In this document: positions 30,210 through 39,376 of the stretch, piece by piece | How positions within the stretch are numbered: position 1 is the stretch's first letter | How the letters are laid out: every line of letters starts with the position of its first letter | IMG/VR virus record: IMGVR_UViG_3300012952_000036 | Location: 1 to 42,145 of that record | DNA: 42,145 nt | Direction: 5' to 3' (one strand) | Origin: a virus | Taxonomy: Duplodnaviria; Caudoviricetes | Program-made: the position numbers and the translations under genes | Notes under the pieces: generated by a model | The model's database searches: none | Seen by the model: the letters and a program-made list of their open reading frames with translations, nothing else | Told to the model about the DNA's origin: nothing

Positions 30210-31162
30210 GAGGAATAACATTTAGCGAGTTTGGCAATGGGCAAAATGTTGATATGTTTTTACATGCTCCAACTAGAAAGTTAGGTACTCCTATGCAAGA
30301 AGCAATTCTAACTGCAAAAGAAATAAGAGAAAAATATACTAAAGATATTTATGTATGGTGTGATTATAGTGTGCAACACATGTATTCACAGGTAGCCATG
30401 CAGGCTTTTAAAATGGCTGGCATAGAATTTGTTGCGGCTATACCTGTATTGAGTAATGACCTTAGTAAAAGAGAAAATGATTGCAGTATTGCATATTGTG
30501 AATCAAGAGGAATAAAATATGAATTGTTTCACATAGATGTTCCTGAATTATTTGACGGACCGGATTTTATGTATTGGGGAGAAAACTTTCCAACTACACA
30601 ACCACAAATGACCATAGTAGGTAAATTCTTTGACTTACTGCCAGATTGTTGTATTGTATATCCAGGTTTTATGATGCATGTAAGTAATAGTGATTGGACT
30701 AGAACAAAGAACAATGGATTTATGCCTTTTGTACCACATCAAACACAAGAACATGCGGCTGAACATGCCGGAAAAGAATATACTAATTTCCAAGAACATT
30801 ATGTAAACATGTATGCTAGTTGGCTTTTCACACAAAGTTATGGTGATGTTTTAAAAATGCCAACCCAAAAATTTGTTGATAATGCTCCTCATAGATACTA
30901 TCAATATGAGATGAGAACTATAAAACAAGCAGGTTTTGACATAAAACCTACTACTCAGAAACTAATTTCCATCGAATTGCTTAAAAGTTACTTCGGACAT
31001 GATAAATACGATAAAGTGCTTAGACAGAAATTGTCGCCCTTTGGTCCTTTGACTATGAAATATGCAAGTTTGCAATATACGGTTAAAGTTGATGAAAACT
31101 TAAAAGAAATGTTAGAAACACACTATGAGCAAGATTTTGACTTCCTTAACAAACTTTTTTAA
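30206..31162 (+). CDS. Hypothetical protein, possibly adenine-nucleotide alpha-hydrolase-like with eroded PP-loop
   Basis: 318 aa; AFKMAGIEF..AYCESRGIKYELFHID pattern, but no SGGxDS. Confidence 0.5.
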   Translation: MRGITFSEFGNGQNVDMFLHAPTRKLGTPMQEAILTAKEIREKYTKDIYVWCDYSVQHMYSQVAMQAFKMAGIEFVAAIPVLSNDLSKRENDCSIAYCESRGIKYELFHIDVPELFDGPDFMYWGENFPTTQPQMTIVGKFFDLLPDCCIVYPGFMMHVSNSDWTRTKNNGFMPFVPHQTQEHAAEHAGKEYTNFQEHYVNMYASWLFTQSYGDVLKMPTQKFVDNAPHRYYQYEMRTIKQAGFDIKPTTQKLISIELLKSYFGHDKYDKVLRQKLSPFGPLTMKYASLQYTVKVDENLKEMLETHYEQDFDFLNKLF

Positions 31163-31949
31163 AGATAAAGCAAAACTAAACTTTTGGTTTTACACACTTC
31201 CAATTCAAATAGTTGGATTTTGTATCCTGCCGATTATGGCATATAACGGTGATTGGAATTATCTTTGGTTAAGTTTAATTACATATTTTCTATTTGGATG
31301 CGTAGGCATGGCTATAGGACTTCACAGGTATTGGGGTCACAAAGCATTTGATATGCCAAAATGGAAAGAAAGAATAATGACTACCTTTAGTGTGTTTAAT
31401 GGTTATGGTAGTATTTTTCCTTGGGTAATGATACATGAGAGAGGACACCACAAACATAGCGATAGAGAAGATGATCCACATTCGCCCCTCAAAGGTTTCT
31501 GGCATGCCTTTTTAACTTGGCACAGAGAACAAAAATATTTTGATAAACATATTGATAGACGTGTATTGGTTACTTACATAAGAAGAGAATTTGTAACAGA
31601 TAAGTATTACACGTTTTTAAATGACAATCATATTGCAATTAACTATGGAACATTTGCACTAGCATGGTTATTGTTTGGTTGGCAAGTTGCACTATACGGA
31701 ATCTGGTTTGGTATATGGGCAACATTAATGAATACCAGTTTGGTAACAGCACTAAGTCATTACAGTTGGTTTGGCTATAGAAATTTTGATACACCAGATA
31801 ATAGTGTAAATAATAGAGTAGGAGCAATCCTAACATTTGGTGAGATGTTACATAACAATCATCATAAAAATTGGAGAGCAACTAGTAACAGTCAACATTG
31901 GTCAGAAGTAGACATGAGTGGCTGGGTAATTAAAGGACTTAAAAAATAA
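31125..31949 (+). CDS. Membrane fatty acid (acyl-CoA delta9-like) desaturase 1
   Basis: His boxes HRYWGH, HERGHH and GEMLHNNHH; DPHSP; several TM segments. Confidence 0.9.
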   Translation: MSKILTSLTNFFKDKAKLNFWFYTLPIQIVGFCILPIMAYNGDWNYLWLSLITYFLFGCVGMAIGLHRYWGHKAFDMPKWKERIMTTFSVFNGYGSIFPWVMIHERGHHKHSDREDDPHSPLKGFWHAFLTWHREQKYFDKHIDRRVLVTYIRREFVTDKYYTFLNDNHIAINYGTFALAWLLFGWQVALYGIWFGIWATLMNTSLVTALSHYSWFGYRNFDTPDNSVNNRVGAILTFGEMLHNNHHKNWRATSNSQHWSEVDMSGWVIKGLKK

Positions 31950-32716
31950 TGTTATTTTATTTAATATTTTTACCAATAGCGGCATTAAGTTTAGCATGGT
32001 CCATGTTTAATGGAAGTATGCAACTTTGGTGTGCCACAGCATTTTTCACTATGTTATATAGTGGATACGGTATTAGTGTTGGATATCATAGACTACATGC
32101 CCACCACAGTTTTAAAACATATGAACCTATACGCAAGTTATTGCTATACTTAGGTTGTCAAGGAGCACAAGGCTCACCGGTGACTTGGACATTACTTCAC
32201 AATAGAAGTCACCATGCACACACAGACAAAGACGGAGACGTACACACTCCAACTAAAGGATTATTTTATGCTTTCTTTGGTTGGATATTTCAAAAAGAAA
32301 ATCACGAATTTGCTAGGAAAGAACTTTTTAAAATTAAAAAGACTTTAGATCCGTTTGCAATCTGGTGCCATAAAAATTATGTTTTGTTAATATTACTTAA
32401 TTTGTTTTTAATTTCATTATTAACAGTTTGGTGGTTTGACGGAAGATATATACTTGCTAGTTTAAATGCAAGTTTTTTAAGTGTAATAATTAGTGGTATT
32501 GTTAATGTATTTGGACATTTACCTTTAAAAGGTTTAACATACGAAACAACACCAATGTCTAATAAAAGCACAAACAATCCTTGGTTATCATTATTTACAT
32601 GGGGTGAAAGTTTACATAACAATCATCACTATCAACCAAGAAGATTAAATTTTAACACAAAATGGTATGAGTTGGACGTAGGCAGATGGATGATAGCAGT
32701 AATCAAGAAATCTTAA
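31949..32716 (+). CDS. Membrane fatty acid (acyl-CoA delta9-like) desaturase 2
   Basis: GYHRLHAH, HNRSHH, GESLHNNHH; DVHTP; WYELD. Confidence 0.9.
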   Translation: MLFYLIFLPIAALSLAWSMFNGSMQLWCATAFFTMLYSGYGISVGYHRLHAHHSFKTYEPIRKLLLYLGCQGAQGSPVTWTLLHNRSHHAHTDKDGDVHTPTKGLFYAFFGWIFQKENHEFARKELFKIKKTLDPFAIWCHKNYVLLILLNLFLISLLTVWWFDGRYILASLNASFLSVIISGIVNVFGHLPLKGLTYETTPMSNKSTNNPWLSLFTWGESLHNNHHYQPRRLNFNTKWYELDVGRWMIAVIKKS

Positions 32717-33294
32717 GAACTTTTTTCGATGGTAAAATAGGCTGTGTCGAATTAGACGACTATTGGATGCCTATGTTAGAAAAGTTTTGTGACGTTGCCG
32801 GAAGTTTAGGATTTACACAAAATGCATCGCCCGATGCAATGAAAGTAGACAAAATTAAATATCATTGTATGGTTCACATACCTACAGAAGAAATTTATGC
32901 TGTAGCAGGTGTACAATATATGCCTGAGTATAAAGAAGGTTACTATAGAGTATGGACTAGACTATCACGTATTCCAAATGAACATATACCTATGACTAAA
33001 TTTGCTAGATATGGTAGAGGCAGTGAAATGCCTGAATTTGATGGATTGTTATATTTTAATTGTAAGTGGGCAAGTGAACAAGATAATTTTAAAGCAACTT
33101 TTGGCACAACATTAGCAAATAAAGCCTACTCAGACAATTATGTAAGAAGCACAAACACTATAACTGATTATATAAAACGTAATTGGTGGAAACAAAAAGG
33201 CATTGCTGTTCCAGAAGGTATATATGATTTTTATCAAGTACCTCAAGTAGTATGGAATATCAATTTTAATAAATTTAAGGAATATTCCGTATGA
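32686..33294 (+). CDS. Hypothetical protein, possibly GNAT-like
   Basis: 202 aa; IYAVAGV..YYRVWTRLSR strand pattern; weak assignment. Confidence 0.5.
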   Translation: MDDSSNQEILRTFFDGKIGCVELDDYWMPMLEKFCDVAGSLGFTQNASPDAMKVDKIKYHCMVHIPTEEIYAVAGVQYMPEYKEGYYRVWTRLSRIPNEHIPMTKFARYGRGSEMPEFDGLLYFNCKWASEQDNFKATFGTTLANKAYSDNYVRSTNTITDYIKRNWWKQKGIAVPEGIYDFYQVPQVVWNINFNKFKEYSV

Positions 33295-34157
33295 AAAAGA
33301 ATGTAAAAAAATTAATTTTTTCCGTAGAAGGAATGAGAAATGTTTATTGGGACGAGTCTCCAATAGCAGTAGGATGTGAAGTTTCAATACCTTTTAAGTT
33401 TGACGGTGACCAACCTTTGTGTATTATTAGTCATGGTTCAGGAGGACTAGGCAATGACACAGAACATTTTGTAAATATTTTAAATGATCATGGTGTTGCA
33501 ACATTATGTATAGATAGTTTTTCTTGCAGGAACATGTCAAACATCAATTGGAATGAATTAGGTGGCTATGTTAGTCCAAGAGCAAGAGCATATGAAACTG
33601 TTGAAGCATACAAGTATATTTTAGAAAATGAAGAAAATTTATTTCCAAACTTAAATGTAAACAAAGTTGCATGTGTAGGATTTAGTTGGGGTGCTGACAG
33701 TATTGCACAAATTATTGCACATTATGGAGATGTAATGCCAAAAGAAACTTTCTATGCTTTAGTGTATGGAAACTTATGGCCCTTTGAACCAGAATTTGTA
33801 AAAGCAAAAGATTGTGATGTAACATTATATCATGGAGAAGCAGATAATTGGACTAGCCCAGAACGTGGCAAAATATTTGCTAGAGAAACAAATAGTGAAT
33901 TTGTAGAGTTTATGGATTGCACACACGGATTTTGTAAACCTGGATATGATGATGAATTAGCAGAACAAGTAATAATTAACCACCACGCAGAGTTTCCTGT
34001 ACCAACTAAATTAAAAGATGTATTTGCATGGATACAAAAAGGAAAAATTTGGAAAGACACAGATTTCAAACGTATTGATGCAAAGATGACTTTTGATGCA
34101 ATGGCAACTCATAGAATTATACAAGACATAGTAAACAAACTTATTACCGATAAATAG
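33291..34157 (+). CDS. Dienelactone-hydrolase-like alpha/beta hydrolase
   Basis: HGSGG, IDSF, GFSWG nucleophile elbow, HGEADNW, HGF. Confidence 0.85.
   Translation: MKKNVKKLIFSVEGMRNVYWDESPIAVGCEVSIPFKFDGDQPLCIISHGSGGLGNDTEHFVNILNDHGVATLCIDSFSCRNMSNINWNELGGYVSPRARAYETVEAYKYILENEENLFPNLNVNKVACVGFSWGADSIAQIIAHYGDVMPKETFYALVYGNLWPFEPEFVKAKDCDVTLYHGEADNWTSPERGKIFARETNSEFVEFMDCTHGFCKPGYDDELAEQVIINHHAEFPVPTKLKDVFAWIQKGKIWKDTDFKRIDAKMTFDAMATHRIIQDIVNKLITDK
34149..34156 (+). promoter_or_regulatory. Late promoter box (GATAAATA)
   Basis: 5 nt before ATG 34162. Confidence 0.6.
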
Positions 34158-34161
34158 TAGT

Positions 34162-35181
34162 ATGGCAAAACTACTATGGGTAAAAGGTCCTCACACTACC
34201 GACCCAGACCGAGCAGTACAAATTCAATGGAGTATGGGTAATACCTGTAACTTCAGTTGCGACTATTGTCCTAGCATATTGCATGATGGTAGCAAACCTT
34301 GGATGCCTACAGAAAAATATTTACAAGTTGTAGACAAAATTTCTAATCATTACAAATCTAAAAATAGATTTATGCATTGGGAGTTACTTGGAGGGGAAGT
34401 AACTACTATACCTGACTTTGAAAAAATTATAGAACGTATTGCATCTTATAGTTCTAGTGTAACAATTTATACAAATGGTAGCAGAACAACACGTTGGTGG
34501 GAAGAAGCAAGAGATTATTTGACTGGTGTAGTTATCACATATCATCCTCTAACTATGGACGAGCAACATTTATATGATGTAGTAAGTGTCTTAAAAGACA
34601 AATTAATCTTAGATATTAATATTGCAGGGATAGGAGGTCAAATAGAAAAACTGTCTACAGTTGCAGACAATCTTAGAAACATGTTTCTTGATGGACAAAT
34701 GCAAAGCATATATGATGTAAACATAACTATCAAAACTATGTACAAAAAATACTTAGGTCCTGAAGCAAACCACCATCAACAAGAAACGTACTACAAATAT
34801 ACTCCAGAAGAAATAAAAATTATGCAACGTCCTGGTTTATTACCAAACCCAAATCAAACGCATAGCGATCCAGATGATGAACAAACACATCCACGTTTTT
34901 GGAGTACAGAATTTATGTATGAAGATGCACCTCCAAAATATGTACAAAGTCATCAGATTATAAATGAAGGACTTAATAGATTTAAAGGTATGAAATGTGA
35001 ATTAGGTTTTGACAGTCTTAATATTGATATGAATGGTGAAGTTGTTAGCAGTTGGTGTGGTGCTAGAAACTTTGGTAATATTACACAATTAGATAATTGG
35101 GAGATTCCTAAAACTGAAACACGTTGTCCTTACGAATTTTGTAATAACCTAAATGACATCAGCATAACTAAATCGTTGTAA
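34162..35181 (+). CDS. Radical SAM protein with C-terminal SPASM/twitch-like cysteines
   Basis: CNFSCDYC, GGEVT, TNGSR; C-terminal C..G, WC and CPYEFC. Confidence 0.9.
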   Translation: MAKLLWVKGPHTTDPDRAVQIQWSMGNTCNFSCDYCPSILHDGSKPWMPTEKYLQVVDKISNHYKSKNRFMHWELLGGEVTTIPDFEKIIERIASYSSSVTIYTNGSRTTRWWEEARDYLTGVVITYHPLTMDEQHLYDVVSVLKDKLILDINIAGIGGQIEKLSTVADNLRNMFLDGQMQSIYDVNITIKTMYKKYLGPEANHHQQETYYKYTPEEIKIMQRPGLLPNPNQTHSDPDDEQTHPRFWSTEFMYEDAPPKYVQSHQIINEGLNRFKGMKCELGFDSLNIDMNGEVVSSWCGARNFGNITQLDNWEIPKTETRCPYEFCNNLNDISITKSL

Positions 35182-35287
35182 AAATACCACACTTTAATAA
35201 CTTTTCGTTATAAAGGAATAAATACCTTTTGTATAAACAGTAGTTATTATATATAATAAGTTTTATGTATATCTAATACACACTAAG

Positions 35288-35404
35288 ATGAAAAAGATTC
35301 ACACTAAATTAAAACACATAAAAACCTCCGATGTTCAAGATTCGTTTGAATTATTTTGCCTTATGTCAATATTTTTAATCTCTACTGTAAGCATAGCAGG
35401 ATAG
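35288..35404 (+). CDS. Small membrane peptide
   Basis: MKKIHTKLKHIKTSDVQDSFELFCLMSIFLISTVSIAG (38 aa), 3 nt before the next ATG. Confidence 0.5.
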   Translation: MKKIHTKLKHIKTSDVQDSFELFCLMSIFLISTVSIAG

Positions 35405-35407
35405 ATT

Positions 35408-35635
35408 ATGGCATGGTTAGAAAAAGCAGTATTAGATGTAAGCAATGCACACTATGAGCCAAAGTTAAATGAAATTATAAAAGACTTTATAATGGAAAAT
35501 ACTTGGAACACGCCTTTTATTATTAAGACAGGTAGTGATGCAAAAGTAAAAGCCACGGTAACACATGTACTTGATGATAGTTTAATATCACATACATATT
35601 GGCGTGACAACGAAATAGAAATAGTAGAAGTATAA
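35408..35635 (+). CDS. Hypothetical protein
   Basis: 75 aa; AGGA RBS. Confidence 0.7.
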   Translation: MAWLEKAVLDVSNAHYEPKLNEIIKDFIMENTWNTPFIIKTGSDAKVKATVTHVLDDSLISHTYWRDNEIEIVEV

Positions 35636-35737
35636 ATGAATAGTACAATAAGACAGGCAATAATTCTTGGATTAATTATCGTTCCTTGGGAAGTGCCTGT
35701 CTTAGTGGCAATTACAACATTAATAACATTGTTTTAA
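35636..35737 (+). CDS. Small hydrophobic peptide
   Basis: MNSTIRQAIILGLIIVPWEVPVLVAITTLITLF (33 aa), packed tightly between neighbours. Confidence 0.55.
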   Translation: MNSTIRQAIILGLIIVPWEVPVLVAITTLITLF

Positions 35738-35738
35738 C

Positions 35739-35918
35739 ATGAAAGAAGTAAAACTGTATAAAGAAGCAACTCCAGAAGAATTTGCTGAATGGCAAGAAAC
35801 AGAATTAAATTGGTGGGCAGAAAGACAATTCCCAATTATATGGATTGCATGTCTTGTACAAATATCCGCACTTGCATTTATGGGTGCCGTTATGCTTTTA
35901 AACTCCCATATATTCTAA
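35739..35918 (+). CDS. Small membrane protein
   Basis: 59 aa, MKEVKLYKEATPEEFAEWQE..., with a C-terminal TM helix. Confidence 0.65.
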   Translation: MKEVKLYKEATPEEFAEWQETELNWWAERQFPIIWIACLVQISALAFMGAVMLLNSHIF

Positions 35919-35930
35919 ATAAATAGTAAT

Positions 35931-36512
35931 ATGATTCCTTATTACTTCGACTTACCGTCTTTAGAAATACCACAAGAAATATTTGACATGCCGTATGTTC
36001 AACATCCAAGTGACTTTATGTCACCGTCAGGTAAAGGGCAAGGAGGTAGAACTTTTCAATATAGAGCAGTACCTACTAACTGGTATGGTGTTGTAAAAGA
36101 ATATCTAGACAAAAAAGTAAATTTAAAATTTGGTGCAATTACTTTATTAAATACAGAACCAGATGGCTCTAGTCCTTGGCATGCCGAAGGTCCAAATTTA
36201 TTTGGTCGACAATGTGCGTTAAACTTTATGTTAGTAGGAGACCATGAAAATTCTTATGTGCAATGGGCATCCAGAGGAGAAGAAGATATTCGTACAAATG
36301 ATACAAGAGGCACATGGTGGGAGGCAGACAATAAAGAAGTTTTAGCAGAACATAGGATGACTCCTAACAAAGCAACAATTTATAATACAATGCATTGGCA
36401 TAGAGTGTTTAACTTTACTGAACAAAATAGAATAGTAGTAAGTGCGGCTATAAATAAAACTATAGAAGAAGTATATGACATGTATCAAAGTGGAGAATTA
36501 ATAAATGGATAG
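35931..36512 (+). CDS. Cupin/2OG-Fe(II) oxygenase-like protein (paralog 1)
   Basis: WHAEG, RQCALNF, NTMHWHRVFN, RIVVS; AATAAATA box at 35918-35925. Confidence 0.7.
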   Translation: MIPYYFDLPSLEIPQEIFDMPYVQHPSDFMSPSGKGQGGRTFQYRAVPTNWYGVVKEYLDKKVNLKFGAITLLNTEPDGSSPWHAEGPNLFGRQCALNFMLVGDHENSYVQWASRGEEDIRTNDTRGTWWEADNKEVLAEHRMTPNKATIYNTMHWHRVFNFTEQNRIVVSAAINKTIEEVYDMYQSGELING

Positions 36513-37212
36513 GGTGGAAATACCATATTATTTCGAAGTACCAGAACTACCAATGCCTCCATTTGACGTAACAGAATATTTTATAGATGAAGCAGAAAGA
36601 GAAATTGCAAAAACAGATGTAAAAACTTCAGATAGACTGACAGGAGAATCTAGGTCTAATACTGCAAACTGGTATCAAAGTTTTATTAAAGTAGAAGAAA
36701 ACAGCAGTCAAGACAAGAGAGATTTTAAACAAGTTAATTTATATGAAGAAGCAAATTTTAATTTAACAAAAAATTTAAAAGAATGGTTACAAGACACACT
36801 AAATTTAAAATTTTCTAGTGTGTTAATGTTAAGAACTCCTGCTAATGCAAACAGTAGATGGCATTGTGAAGGTCCTGTGTTTCATACAAGACAATGTGCA
36901 TTAAATTTTCCAGTGTTCGGAGACTTCGAAAAGTCAGAGGCACAATGGGCAACGTTTCCAAGATTTAAAAATATAGATCCTAGAGAAAATGAAAAACACG
37001 GATTTGTTACACAGACAGATATGAAAGAAACAGAAATGTTATGTCGTTGGACAAATCAAACTGTTCCTGGATTTCAAAATACAATGATAATGCACAGAGG
37101 TTATAACGAACATTGCGATACGGACAGAGTTATACTAAGTGCGGCGGTAGAAGACACAGCAGATATAAACGTTGTTTATAAAAAATACATCGATGGTAAA
37201 TTACTGAAATAA
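36505..37212 (+). CDS. Cupin/2OG-Fe(II) oxygenase-like protein (paralog 2)
   Basis: WHCEG, RQCALNF, NTMIMHRGYN, RVILS. Confidence 0.7.
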   Translation: MDRVEIPYYFEVPELPMPPFDVTEYFIDEAEREIAKTDVKTSDRLTGESRSNTANWYQSFIKVEENSSQDKRDFKQVNLYEEANFNLTKNLKEWLQDTLNLKFSSVLMLRTPANANSRWHCEGPVFHTRQCALNFPVFGDFEKSEAQWATFPRFKNIDPRENEKHGFVTQTDMKETEMLCRWTNQTVPGFQNTMIMHRGYNEHCDTDRVILSAAVEDTADINVVYKKYIDGKLLK

Positions 37213-37220
37213 GATAAATA
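37213..37220 (+). promoter_or_regulatory. Late promoter box (GATAAATA)
   Basis: Upstream of AGGAG RBS and GTG 37253. Confidence 0.6.
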
Positions 37221-37252
37221 TTGATGTATAATACAACGAAGTAGGAGACGAC

Positions 37253-37423
37253 GTGTCAAACAAAACGCCATATGAAATTCGATTAGAATTGATACAAGAA
37301 GCCAGACTTATCCTGCAGGCAAAAGCAGGTAAGCCGGAGTTCATGCCTTCTACAGAAGAAGTTATCTCAGAAGCAGAAAAGTTAAATCAATTCATATCGA
37401 AAAAACCAGACCACACAAGATAA
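37253..37423 (+). CDS. Small conserved phage protein (TPYEIRLE family)
   Basis: AGGAG RBS, GTG start; MSNKTPYEIRLELIQEARLILQAK..PSTEEVISEAEKLNQFIS (56 aa). Confidence 0.8.
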   Translation: MSNKTPYEIRLELIQEARLILQAKAGKPEFMPSTEEVISEAEKLNQFISKKPDHTR

Positions 37424-37459
37424 AGAACATTATTTATTAGCCACTTTGTATCAAAACTA

Positions 37460-37488
37460 TTGACTTTGATAGTTAAATACTGTAACAT
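37460..37488 (+). promoter_or_regulatory. Possible sigma70 promoter overlapping a late-type box
   Basis: TTGACT-N17-TAACAT with GTTAAATA (37472-37479) inside the spacer. Confidence 0.4.
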
Positions 37489-37516
37489 ATTACTTTAGTT
37501 TTATATAGGATACAAA

Positions 37517-38458
37517 ATGGCTAATAGAAAAGAACGTCGAGCAAAGGCAAAAAAGACTGCCAAAACTCAAAAAAATCAAAACAATCAAGCAAGTAAAGTT
37601 AATGAAAACGTAGAAGTCAATAAAGACAATGACGTATTGTTTAAGTTACTTGACGCAAAAATTGAAATACCAATTCAAGTATTAAGAGATAAACACATTT
37701 TTATTGCAACACCATGTTATGGTGGACAAATTGGTGAGCCTTTCTTTAGAAGCATGATGAGACTTGCAATTTTATGTAATAAATATGATATTCAATTTAC
37801 TGTAAGCACACTGGCAAATGAAAGTTTAATTACAAGAGGTAGAAACACACTTGTTAGTTTCTTTATGGAACACCCTGAAGCAACGCATTTATTCTTTATT
37901 GATGCTGATATTGAATTTGATCCAAACGATTTATTAAGAATGGTTGCATATGATAGACCTATTACAGTAGGAGCATATCCTAAGAAAGCAATTAATTGGG
38001 AAAGTATTGTTGGAGCGGCTAGAAATAATGAAGAGGAAACAGCACAAACAATTGAAGGACACAGTTCTAATTATGTTGTAAACTTTGATTTCTTAAAAGA
38101 TGACAACGGCAAACCTACTCCACAAATTCAAATCAGAGATAATTTAATCAAATTAAAAGATGCTGGTACAGGCTTTATGTGTATCCAAAAAGATGTAATA
38201 CAGCAAATGTTTGATAATCATCCAGAACTAAAATATGCAAATGACATCAACGTGGATCAAAAGTTTGAGAAACACATGTACGCATTATTTGACACAATGA
38301 TTGATCCTGAGAGTAGACGTTACTTGTCTGAGGACTACACTTTTTGTAGACTGTGGCAAAACATGGGAGGAGAGGTTTATTTAGATCCTCGAACAGCACT
38401 TAATCATGTAGGACACTATACTTTCAGAGGAAATATTAGAAAACTAATTACAGGATAA
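37517..38458 (+). CDS. GT-A fold glycosyltransferase-like protein
   Basis: IATPCYGG, ESLITRGRN, FIDADI (DxD), GTGFMCI, YLSEDYTFC. Confidence 0.8.
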   Translation: MANRKERRAKAKKTAKTQKNQNNQASKVNENVEVNKDNDVLFKLLDAKIEIPIQVLRDKHIFIATPCYGGQIGEPFFRSMMRLAILCNKYDIQFTVSTLANESLITRGRNTLVSFFMEHPEATHLFFIDADIEFDPNDLLRMVAYDRPITVGAYPKKAINWESIVGAARNNEEETAQTIEGHSSNYVVNFDFLKDDNGKPTPQIQIRDNLIKLKDAGTGFMCIQKDVIQQMFDNHPELKYANDINVDQKFEKHMYALFDTMIDPESRRYLSEDYTFCRLWQNMGGEVYLDPRTALNHVGHYTFRGNIRKLITG

Positions 38459-38461
38459 GAC

Positions 38462-39376
38462 ATGACAGAAGCAAAATTACAAGAACAAGTTGGTAGTGTA
38501 ATAAGTATTATACTTCCTACAAGAGGGAGAACAGGCGGAGCATTACAAGACAGTATTAAAAGTCTTTGTGAAAATGCAGATGATCCTAGCAGAATAGAAA
38601 TAATGTTAGGTGTTGACGATGATGACCAAGACTCAATTGATTGGGTAAACAACGAAGCGGCAAATTTTGTATCGCCTTTTGGTTGTGCATGTAAGGCTAA
38701 AGTGTTTAAACCTTTAGGATATGAACAATTAAATGTTTATGTAAACCTATTATGTCATGCAAGTTCAGGTGCATGGTTATTCCTATGGAATGATGACGCA
38801 CTAATGCAAACAAAAGGTTGGGATACTGTAGTTAGAAGTTATGATGGTCAATTTAAGTGTTTAGCACCTATGGACAACCATGACCATCCTTTTGCTATAT
38901 TTCCTCTTATTCCTGCAGATTGGTTTGTGTTATGTGATGCTTGGAGTATTAATGCACAAAACGATACATGGGTAAGTGTAATTGCTAGAATGAATGGCAT
39001 ATTTGAAAGAATAGATATTGACATATTACATGATAGAGCAGACTTAACTGGTGGCAATGACGACGAAACATTTGAAAATAGAAAATATATGGAAGGTAAT
39101 CCACAAGATCCTAAAGACTTTAATCATCCAAGTATGCAACAAGCAAGAATGCATCATGCAAGTAAAATAGATTGGTATTTAAAGAAAATGGGTGTACACA
39201 AATCACCTAGTCCTTTTGAACAATTTATTAACGGACAAGTTAATCCTTTTGATGATATGCAAAATCATAATCCAAAAGGAGCAGGGCAATTTGGTAGTAT
39301 AAACAAACCTAATAATTCTAATCCACCAACTTCTACTAAAGAAAGATTACCTGACGACACTAAGTTAGAGTTGTAA
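38462..39376 (+). CDS. Glycosyltransferase family 2-like protein
   Basis: ISIILPTRGR, VDDDD, WNDD, NDTW. Confidence 0.8.
   Translation: MTEAKLQEQVGSVISIILPTRGRTGGALQDSIKSLCENADDPSRIEIMLGVDDDDQDSIDWVNNEAANFVSPFGCACKAKVFKPLGYEQLNVYVNLLCHASSGAWLFLWNDDALMQTKGWDTVVRSYDGQFKCLAPMDNHDHPFAIFPLIPADWFVLCDAWSINAQNDTWVSVIARMNGIFERIDIDILHDRADLTGGNDDETFENRKYMEGNPQDPKDFNHPSMQQARMHHASKIDWYLKKMGVHKSPSPFEQFINGQVNPFDDMQNHNPKGAGQFGSINKPNNSNPPTSTKERLPDDTKLEL

Noticed and set aside
35266-35280. NtcA-like site TGTA..TACA
   Set aside because: Spacing is GTA-N7-TAC rather than N8, the context is AT-rich, and nothing indicates a cyanobacterial host
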